A DNA stretch of 41,450 nt from NCBI GenBank assembly GCA_964411115.1, contig CAYPJR010000002.1, positions 1 through 41,450 on the forward strand. Reading direction: 5' to 3'. Made by a program: the position numbers and the translations under genes. The notes under the pieces are model-generated. The model did not search any database and had not been told where the DNA came from. It saw only the letters and a program-made list of their open reading frames with translations. Numbering within the stretch: the stretch's first letter is position 1; every line of letters starts with the position of its first letter. This stretch comes from an uncultured Candidatus Bathyarchaeia archaeon. GTDB taxonomy: Archaea > Thermoproteota > Bathyarchaeia > Bathyarchaeales > DTEX01. Positions 34,880 to 41,450 of the stretch are shown piece after piece.

Positions 34880-34901
34880 ATCCGCACTCACTTATCGTTG
34901 C
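34880..34901. repeat. copy 2 of the perfect 22-bp direct repeat ATCCGCACTCACTTATCGTTGC (intergenic, 210 nt past the gene stop)
   Basis: Exact match by eye to 34411-34432. Confidence 0.9.
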
Positions 34902-35035
34902 ACTGGAAAGCCATATCAAGAACCACGATCATGCCTAGTCAAAAGGTAAAGATAATTGGCAGAGAAGGCTTAACCCTCACTGTAGACCCTATTAACGAAT
35001 AATAAGTTTACCCAGCTGTTTACACTTTTAACCCG

Positions 35036-35356
35036 GTGAAGTTTTCCCAAAGGGACCTGTGGCTTGACGACAAGTTCATACATCAATTCTACTGGGGGAG
35101 CGAAGCCGACCTAGACAGAGGTGTATTGAAGCATTCGCCTTTCGGAATGAAGATTGTGAAGAGCAGCAAATGCACAGCGCTGACAGCCATAGCGGTTGAC
35201 CTAGATAAGCCAGCTGCGGTCATGCTTTTGAGGAGAGATATAACAACTGAGCCTTTCGAGAACCCGAGGGAAGACCGATATAGGATTGTTGCAAGCGAAC
35301 GCATAGGACTAGGCGTACTACGCTCAGAGGGGATAGCGAAAATGACGAGCATCTAG
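35036..35356 (+). CDS. hypothetical protein, 106 aa (GTG start); possibly a gene remnant
   Basis: ORF only, with no recognisable motif. A 23-codon ORF (34931-35002) sits in the same frame, separated by TAA-TAA. A hairpin plus T7 tract follows. Confidence 0.3.
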   Translation: MKFSQRDLWLDDKFIHQFYWGSEADLDRGVLKHSPFGMKIVKSSKCTALTAIAVDLDKPAAVMLLRRDITTEPFENPREDRYRIVASERIGLGVLRSEGIAKMTSI

Positions 35357-35384
35357 GCTAGGCTGCTGAGATGCGCCGCCATGA

Positions 35385-35421
35385 ACCCTCCTTTAAAGGG
35401 TGAAAACATCCTTATTTTTTT
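35385..35421 (+). terminator. hairpin (ACCCT-CCTTTAA-AGGGT) followed by a T7 tract; candidate archaeal terminator
   Basis: 5-bp stem at 35385-35389/35397-35401 and TTTTTTT at 35415-35421, about 30-65 nt after the stop of ORF 35036-35356. Confidence 0.35.
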
Positions 35422-35585
35422 GAAAAGGGCAAATCGACGGGATTATTAGGTGGTCGGTATGGTTGTGGAGATAGGTTTCGTGGGCGTCTGCCCAGTACAG
35501 CGTTTCTAGGATCATGGAATAGCGAGATACTCGCAGCAATAACAGGCTTGGTTGGAACAGTCACGGGATTATTATTGGAGCGAAG

Positions 35586-35681
35586 AAATAGTTGCAGAAA
35601 TGCAAAAATAACATTAAAAATAGTTGCAAAAATGAGAAAATGACGTTCAGAACAGTTGCATTTTTGAGACTGAGTTCTGTT
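35586..35681. repeat. 32-nt phased tandem repeat, 2 good units plus 1 degenerate unit, core AGTTGCA
   Basis: Unit 1 (35586-35617) is AAATAGTTGCAGAAATGCAAAAATAACATTAA. Unit 2 (35618-35649) is AAATAGTTGCAAAAATGAGAAAATGACGTTCA, matching 27/32 by my count. Unit 3 (35650-35681) is GAACAGTTGCATTTTTGAGACTGAGTTCTGTT. AGTTGCA starts at 35590, 35622 and 35654. Confidence 0.8.
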
Positions 35682-36044
35682 AGCGAAAATGGGAGAACAT
35701 CTGAAACAGGGGTTGAAATGGTTGCGTATTTTAATTTTGCAGCTTTTTCCATCCTATTCGACCCAGTGTGAAAACCTAGAGGGGGTATCAATTTTAGCTT
35801 GAAAAATCAGCCTAAAATTGTCCTGGGCGTGGGCCTCCCGGTCCCAGCCAGAACACCCCTCATCTCCCGCAAAACACGCTCTCCGAACATGAATACAAAT
35901 TGAGGGACAAACTATTTAAGTCTATTTTAGTCTAATCACCCACAACAATCATATTTAAGAGCGAAAAAAGAAAGTAGAAAAAATTGGCTGATAAATGAAA
36001 AAATATGCAGATACGTATATATCTACGCAAAGGGTCATTACCAT

Positions 36045-36056
36045 GATAAAAATATT
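36045..36056 (+). promoter_or_regulatory. TATA-box-like element for acd
   Basis: GATAAAAATATT lies 27-38 nt upstream of ATG 36083. Confidence 0.35.
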
Positions 36057-36082
36057 GCATAAAAGGCTTACGGGGGCGGCAC

Positions 36083-38188
36083 ATGGATCTAAGCGCCTTC
36101 TTTAATCCAAAGTCAATAGCTGTTATTGGAGCCAGCAGAGAGACTTGGAAAGTAGGCCACAGAGTATTTAAGAATCTTATTGACGCTGGCTTCCAGGGAA
36201 GCCTATATCCGATAAACCCAAGCGCTGAAAATATTTTAGGCTTCAGATGCTATAAGAGCGTTAAGGATGTGCCTGACGATGTAGATTTGGCTGTAATAGT
36301 TGTTCCGGCAAAAATTGTGCCCTCAGTAACTGAAGAATGCGGGCAAAAAGGCGTTAGGGGGATAGTTATAATATCAGCAGGCTTTAGCGAAACAGGAAGG
36401 GAGGGAACGCTTCTAGAAAGAGAAGTTGTTGAAATATGCCGAAAATACGGCATGAGAATGCAGGGACCGAACTGCTTAGGAATTATAAGCACACAAAGTC
36501 GTGTAAACGCATCCTTCGCACCAACAATGCCTTTACCGGGAAACATAGCCATCGTATCTCAGAGTGGAGCGCTTGGAAGCGCCATCTTGAATTGGGCGAT
36601 TAGAAATGAGATTGGATTCACTAAGTTTATAAGCTTGGGAAATGAGGCTGACCTGAATGCGGCGGATTTCATTGAAGCCTTAGGAGAGGATGAAGAAACA
36701 AGGGTTATTGGGCTTTATATTGAAGGTGTTAAGGATGGAAAGAGATTCATTGATGTTGCAAAGAGGGTAACTGGGAAAAAGCCGATAGTAGCCATAAAAG
36801 CCGGCACAACCGACGCAGGTGTGAGGGCTGTTTCATCCCACACCGGTTCATTAGCAGGTTCAGATGTGGCTTTTTCAGCTGCCTTCAGAAAGTCTGGAAT
36901 AATAAGAGTTAACACCCTTGAAGAATTGTTTAACCTTGTACTAGCCTTCGGTTCGCAGCCTATCCCTAGGGGGAAGAGGGTACTTATAGTTACAAATGGC
37001 GGTGGACCCGGCATTTTAGCTGCGGATGCCTGTGAGAAAATGGATCTTGAACTGCCGTTATTAGAGTATGAAATTAGGGAGTACCTCCGGAATCTCATGC
37101 CCCCGCACTCCAGCCTAAATAATCCGCTGGATGTTTTAGGTGATGCTGACGAAAACCGTTATAGAATTGCTTTGGAAGCTGGCTTAAAAAGCAACAATGT
37201 GGATGGATTAATCGTTATTTTAACCCCGCAAGCCACAACCCCCTGCGATAAGATTGCTGAAGCAATCGCGGAGGTTGGAAGGTTCTCTAGTAAGCCTATT
37301 CTCGCCGCCTTCATGGGGCTTGAAGATAGCTCGGCGGCTATCAGAACTCTCAGAAAGAACAAAATACCGAACTATAACTTTCCAGAACCCGCGGCTTTCA
37401 CGTTTAAATCCATGTATGATTACAGCTTGATACTTAATTCTCCGCATGAGGAACCCGTCACAACTGTAGAAATTAATGAGGAAGAAATTAAAAATGTAAT
37501 TGATAAGGCAAAGCTTGAAGGGCGTCTGGCTCTCACAATAGATGAATGTATAAAAGTAGCTAAGGCTGCCGGCATACCTATGCCTAAAGCGGTGGTAGCG
37601 ATAAGTAAAGAGGAAGCCGGCGAGTTTGCTGAAAAGATCGGTTATCCCGTTGCCATGAAGATTGTTTCGCCGGATATACTGCATAAGACAGATATTGGTG
37701 GCGTAGTATTGGGCGTTAAAAGCCGCGCTGAAGCTGAGGAGAACTATGAGAACCTAGTTAGGAGGAGCCGGATAGCGATTCCGAACGCAAAGATAACCGG
37801 CGTCTTAATCCAGGAGATGGTTCCATCCGGTAAGGAGATCATTGTAGGAACAGTTAGAGATAGACAGTTTGGCCCGCTAATCATGTTCGGTTTAGGCGGC
37901 ATATATGTTAACTTTCTGAGGGACGTGTCCTACCGCCTATGCCCCTTAACAAGGAGCGAGGCTGTTGAAATGATTGAAGAGACAAGGGCATATTCGCTTC
38001 TCAGAGGCGTCAGGGGTGAACCGCCCTCGGATATAAGCTCCATAGTTGATGTTATGCTTAAAATGTCGCAGATTATGGTCCGCTTTGAGGAGATATCTGA
38101 AATGGAGATTAATCCATTATTTGTTTATGAAAAAGGAAAGGGCTGCATTGGGGTAGATATAAGAATAACAATTACACATAAATTATAG
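36083..38188 (+). CDS. acd: acetyl-CoA synthetase (ADP-forming), fused alpha-beta type (acetate--CoA ligase, NDP-forming)
   Basis: 701 aa. N-terminal CoA-binding domain (FFNPKSIAVIGAS), a succinyl-CoA-synthetase-like flavodoxin domain (SQSGALG, phosphohistidine context SSHTGSLAG) and a C-terminal ATP-grasp domain. Confidence 0.9.
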   Translation: MDLSAFFNPKSIAVIGASRETWKVGHRVFKNLIDAGFQGSLYPINPSAENILGFRCYKSVKDVPDDVDLAVIVVPAKIVPSVTEECGQKGVRGIVIISAGFSETGREGTLLEREVVEICRKYGMRMQGPNCLGIISTQSRVNASFAPTMPLPGNIAIVSQSGALGSAILNWAIRNEIGFTKFISLGNEADLNAADFIEALGEDEETRVIGLYIEGVKDGKRFIDVAKRVTGKKPIVAIKAGTTDAGVRAVSSHTGSLAGSDVAFSAAFRKSGIIRVNTLEELFNLVLAFGSQPIPRGKRVLIVTNGGGPGILAADACEKMDLELPLLEYEIREYLRNLMPPHSSLNNPLDVLGDADENRYRIALEAGLKSNNVDGLIVILTPQATTPCDKIAEAIAEVGRFSSKPILAAFMGLEDSSAAIRTLRKNKIPNYNFPEPAAFTFKSMYDYSLILNSPHEEPVTTVEINEEEIKNVIDKAKLEGRLALTIDECIKVAKAAGIPMPKAVVAISKEEAGEFAEKIGYPVAMKIVSPDILHKTDIGGVVLGVKSRAEAEENYENLVRRSRIAIPNAKITGVLIQEMVPSGKEIIVGTVRDRQFGPLIMFGLGGIYVNFLRDVSYRLCPLTRSEAVEMIEETRAYSLLRGVRGEPPSDISSIVDVMLKMSQIMVRFEEISEMEINPLFVYEKGKGCIGVDIRITITHKL

Positions 38189-38208
38189 ATTAAGGAGGCT
38201 TAAGTGAA

Positions 38209-39288
38209 TTGGTTAAAAAATCCATATATCTCGCCTCAACCGAGGAAGCTTCTGGAAAAAGCGTTGTAGCAATATCGCTGGCATCAATAGCCAAGGAAAG
38301 CGGCATGAAAATCGGATATTTCAAACCTATCACTGTGGAGGCTTCACTAGCTCATGGCAGAGAAGGCATAGATGAAGATATAGAGGTTATGAGGAGAATA
38401 CTTGATCTAAAGATGGGATATAGCATTTTATGCCCGCTCACGCTTAAGAGGGGCTATTTTCTTAGAGATTTTCTTAATATCGATTTCTCCCAATGTGTCG
38501 AAGGTGTACTCAAATCTTACAGGGAAGCATCTAACGGTAAAGACATAATGCTTATAGAGGGGCCACGTGCGCTTTCAATCGGCGCTTTTCTAGGATGCCC
38601 AGTTCCGAAACTTGCAAGAGAATTCAGCGCTGAGATACTGCTAGTTTTAAAGTTTAAGGATGATTTTATTGTTGATGAAATTCTGCAAGCTCAAGAGTAT
38701 TGTGCTAGATGGGATGCGAAACTTCTCGGTGTCATATTGAACCGTATACCGCAAGATGCTATGGAAAGAGCTGAAAACGTAATTAAGCCCTTTATTGAGG
38801 CTCAGGGAATAAAAGTTCTGGGCTTAGTCCCTGAAGATAAAGTTTTAAGCGCATTAACCGCTAGGGAAATCTGCGATTTCATAGGTGGGGAGGTTCTGGC
38901 AGGCGAAGATGGATTAGATAATCTTATTGAAACTATCCTTATAGGCGCTATGACTCCTGAGAGCGCTGCTAAATATTTCCGAAAGGTGACAAATGAGCTT
39001 GTTATAACTGGAGGAGACCGCTCAGACATAATTTTAACGGCTCTGGAAACCGGGGTCTCAGCCATAATATTAACTGGCAATCTTTATCCAAGCGCAAAGG
39101 TTCTTCCAAAAGCGGATCATCTGAAGGTTCCATTAATAATTGTTCCATATGATACATACACAACGTTGCAGCATGTCCAGAAAATAATTGGTAGAATAAA
39201 GCCTGGCGATCCCAGAAGGATAAATGCTGCAGTAGATCTGGTTAAGAAGAATGTAGACTGGGAATATATATTGAGGGCAGCTTCATGA
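38209..39288 (+). CDS. phosphotransacetylase N-terminal-domain-like protein (BioD/CobQ-like P-loop fold plus DRTGG domain), lacking the Pta catalytic domain
   Basis: 359 aa, TTG start after AGGAGG. SGKSVVAISLA...GYFKPI is the N-terminal pattern; ITGGDRSDIILTALETGVSAIILTGN is the DRTGG signature. Confidence 0.75.
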   Translation: MVKKSIYLASTEEASGKSVVAISLASIAKESGMKIGYFKPITVEASLAHGREGIDEDIEVMRRILDLKMGYSILCPLTLKRGYFLRDFLNIDFSQCVEGVLKSYREASNGKDIMLIEGPRALSIGAFLGCPVPKLAREFSAEILLVLKFKDDFIVDEILQAQEYCARWDAKLLGVILNRIPQDAMERAENVIKPFIEAQGIKVLGLVPEDKVLSALTAREICDFIGGEVLAGEDGLDNLIETILIGAMTPESAAKYFRKVTNELVITGGDRSDIILTALETGVSAIILTGNLYPSAKVLPKADHLKVPLIIVPYDTYTTLQHVQKIIGRIKPGDPRRINAAVDLVKKNVDWEYILRAAS

Positions 39289-39444
39289 AGAATGCTTCAT
39301 CAATTAACTGAAGCGGCTAGATTGCAAGGTAAAATTAATGTCGCAAAGAGCGCATAGGGGTATCGTTTATATAGGTTTACAGCCCATTCATGGTTGACAT
39401 TAAGGTTAGACTTCTATCGCTTGGTTCAGCGGAGTGGTTCGAAG

Positions 39445-41235
39445 ATGGAAATGCGTATCAGACAGCCAATCGTATGCGTTCTTGGACATGTGGATACTGG
39501 AAAAACTCTTCTCCTCGATCAGATTCGTAAGAGTAGCGTTCAGGCCCGTGAAGTCGGAGGGATGACGCAGCATATCGGCGCAAGCTTCTTTCCAATGGAA
39601 ACGCTTGAGGGAATTGCCGGATCATTCTTTAAAATGATCGGCGGTGGTGAAATCAAGATACCTGGGCTGCTTGTCATCGACACTCCGGGACATGAAATAT
39701 TTGCAAATCTCAGGCGCAGAGGTGGGGGAATAGCTGATATAGCCATACTTGTAATTGACGTTTTAAAGGGCTTTGAAGCCCAAACCTATGAGGTTATTGA
39801 AATATTAAAGTCTAGGAAAACACCTTTTCTAGTAGCCGTAAACAAGATTGATCGCATACCGGGCTGGAAACCGTATCCCAACGCGCCCTTTCTAGAATCC
39901 TATAAAAATCAGGATCCTAATGTGAAGCGAGAACTTGATGAGCACCTATATAGGATCATAGGTAAATTCTCGGAGTTATCCTTTAGAGCTGATAGATTTG
40001 ACAAGATAACGGATTTTACAAGAACAATCGCGTTGATTCCAACCAGCGCTAGGACCGGCGAAGGGATACCGGAGCTAATAGCTGTCTTAGCTGGCTTAAC
40101 ATATCAGTATCTCCGAAAAAGGCTGCAAACAACTAGCGGACCGGCTAAAGGCACCGTCCTCGAAGTGAAGGAGGAAGTTGGTTTAGGCGTAACGGTTAAC
40201 GCAATAATTTACGATGGGGTTCTTAGAAAGGGCGATTTAATAGTGCTGGGTGGAAAGGAGAAGCCTATTGTGACAACTGTTCGTGCAATATTGATGCCTA
40301 AACCACTGGATGAAATAAGGGATCCGAGGGAGAAATTCTCATCGGTTGATGAGGTTGTGGCGGCCGCGGGTGTAAAAATTGTTGCACCAAACCTGGAGGA
40401 TGCGATAGCTGGCGCGCCAATCTATGTTATTCCATCGGAGGAAAAAATAGAGGAGTATGTGAAAGAGGTTGCGGAGGACATTCAAAAAGTTCGTGTATCA
40501 ATGGAAATTGAGGGAGTTATTCTCAAGGCTGACGCGCTAGGTTCTCTGGAGGCTATAATAGAAAGCCTTGGCAGAAACGGCGTGCCAGTGCGCTTGGCTG
40601 ACGTGGGCGACATATCTAAGAGGGATGTGACAGAGGCCATTATTGTTAAGGAGAAGGAGCCGCTTTACGGGGTTATCTTAGCATTTAATGTGAAAGTTCT
40701 CCCAGACGCTGAGGAGGAGGCGAAAAATCATGGAGTGCCGATCTTCAGGCATAACATCATTTACCATCTTATTGATGAATACCTCAAATGGATGAGAAGC
40801 GAAAAAGAAACTCGTGAAAGAAGCGAGTTTGAGAGGCTTATAAAGCCAGCTAAGATAAAGGTTTTACCCGGTTATATCTTCAGAAGATCCAAGCCTGCCA
40901 TAGTTGGCGTTGAAGTTCTAGCCGGACAGATCAAGCCGAAGGTTCATCTCATGACAAGCGACGGTAAAGATATAGGTGAAATACTGCAAATACAGTTTAA
41001 GGGGGAGACTCTTTCATACGCAGAGATGGGAAAACAGGTTGCGATCTCCATAGATAAACCCATTGTGGGACGCCATTTCGATGAGGGTGACATACTTTAC
41101 GTCCTAGTTCCTGAGCAGCATGCCAAGGCTCTCCTCACAAAATTTAGGGATAGACTGAGCATTGAGGAAATTGAAACTTTAAATGAAATAATGGCAGCTT
41201 TGGGAAGAAAATATATGCTTGGGCATTCCGCCTAA
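39445..41235 (+). CDS. infB: translation initiation factor aIF5B (IF-2 homologue)
   Basis: GTPase motifs GHVDTGKT, DTPGH, NKID, then domains II-IV, about 596 aa. ATG 39445 is preceded by GGAGTGG. The track start (TTG 39394) adds 17 unconserved residues. Confidence 0.9.
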   Translation: MEMRIRQPIVCVLGHVDTGKTLLLDQIRKSSVQAREVGGMTQHIGASFFPMETLEGIAGSFFKMIGGGEIKIPGLLVIDTPGHEIFANLRRRGGGIADIAILVIDVLKGFEAQTYEVIEILKSRKTPFLVAVNKIDRIPGWKPYPNAPFLESYKNQDPNVKRELDEHLYRIIGKFSELSFRADRFDKITDFTRTIALIPTSARTGEGIPELIAVLAGLTYQYLRKRLQTTSGPAKGTVLEVKEEVGLGVTVNAIIYDGVLRKGDLIVLGGKEKPIVTTVRAILMPKPLDEIRDPREKFSSVDEVVAAAGVKIVAPNLEDAIAGAPIYVIPSEEKIEEYVKEVAEDIQKVRVSMEIEGVILKADALGSLEAIIESLGRNGVPVRLADVGDISKRDVTEAIIVKEKEPLYGVILAFNVKVLPDAEEEAKNHGVPIFRHNIIYHLIDEYLKWMRSEKETRERSEFERLIKPAKIKVLPGYIFRRSKPAIVGVEVLAGQIKPKVHLMTSDGKDIGEILQIQFKGETLSYAEMGKQVAISIDKPIVGRHFDEGDILYVLVPEQHAKALLTKFRDRLSIEEIETLNEIMAALGRKYMLGHSA

Positions 41236-41450
41236 GCATCTTAAATTACTTATCAATTTGCCTCCAAACTTCTCATGCATTAATAACTTAAATAAGGCTT
41301 GAGGTTTCTTAGCCGCCTCAAGATAAATTAATAATATTTTCATATTTTCGGTATTTAATAAAAAATAGGAGGTTTTTGTCTCGGCTTGCCTATTGATTAT
41401 TAAAGTATTTTACCTGAAAATGCTTTGAAACGTCACTTGTATAATGAGAT

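Noticed and set aside
35586-35730. Possible CRISPR array, because of regularly spaced repeats.
   Set aside because: There are only 2-3 directly adjacent 32-nt units with no unique spacers between them, the units are degenerate, and no cas genes or leader are in the window. I treat it as a tandem or iteron-like repeat instead.
35561-35791. 76-aa minus-strand ORF across the repeat region.
   Set aside because: The product is low-complexity and hydrophobic (LQLFLMLFLHFCNYFF), generated by the A/T-tract repeats. There is no SD or TATA context, so it is most likely not coding.
39294-39314. Hairpin GCTTCA-TCAATTAAC-TGAAGC right after the DRTGG gene stop, as a possible terminator.
   Set aside because: The stem is only 6 bp and no oligo-T tract follows. 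Archaeal termination relies mainly on T-tracts, so I did not list it as a feature.
2115-39746. Many ORFs of 60-190 aa in the six-frame track lie antisense to, or out of frame within, confidently identified genes. Examples: 2475-2756, 5709-5963, 6307-6672, 6805-7197, 7292-7603, 9133-9468, 10352-10666, 13101-13628, 14286-14684, 18784-19362, 29065-29640, 31933-32325, 33599-33958, 36715-37098, 37220-37684 and 38802-39080.
   Set aside because: They are shadow ORFs. Their products are Ser/Leu/Ile/Pro-rich with no motifs, and they are fully nested in genes with strong family signatures. None has its own promoter or SD context.
1-41450. rRNA genes, transposases/IS elements, toxin-antitoxin pairs, restriction-modification or other recognisable defence systems.
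   Set aside because: I recognised none in any frame. The only nuclease-like candidate (11493-11837) is solitary, and its assignment is weak.

Overview
This window is an archaeal chromosomal segment, densely packed and mostly core genes. The archaeal call rests on archaea/eukaryote-type ribosomal proteins (L32e, L19e, S4e, L35Ae), RNase P protein Rpp29 inside the r-protein operon, MCM/GINS/Hel308, aIF5B, a LysW carrier-protein lysine/arginine operon, and a tRNA with a non-canonical intron. A stand-alone MtrH-like methyltransferase, an ADP-forming acetyl-CoA synthetase and the intron type suggest a TACK/Bathyarchaeia-like lineage, but that is inference only. Layout: 1-1000 holds orphan ORFs and an intron-containing tRNA-Gly(UCC). 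1-25.2 kb is mostly minus-strand: mtrH-like, tmk, three small Zn-ribbon/unknown genes, a rhomboid protease fused to an Hsp20-like domain, lysWXYZJK with a divergent Lrp regulator, housekeeping genes, an ABC-2 transporter, adenine deaminase, AlaX, DUF99, L35Ae, and gins23-mcm-hel308. 25.3-32.5 kb is a plus-strand r-protein block running L22 to L18. 32.5-36.1 kb is the only accessory-looking stretch: a glycosidase-like TIM barrel fused to an FG-GAP propeller sits where S5-L30-L15 normally follows L18, then about 1.4 kb of mostly non-coding DNA with a perfect 22-bp direct repeat, 32-nt phased tandem repeats and a GC-rich patch. 36.1-41.2 kb carries acd, a DRTGG/Pta-N-domain protein and aIF5B. I found no rRNA, CRISPR array, transposase, intact integrase or recognisable defence system. 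The most notable observations are the rhomboid-ACD fusion, two genes (lysJ, rpl5) whose conserved N-termini have only an SD-preceded in-frame CTG as a start, the break in the ribosomal cluster, and the repeat-bearing non-coding island. All family assignments come from motif recognition by eye and need database confirmation.
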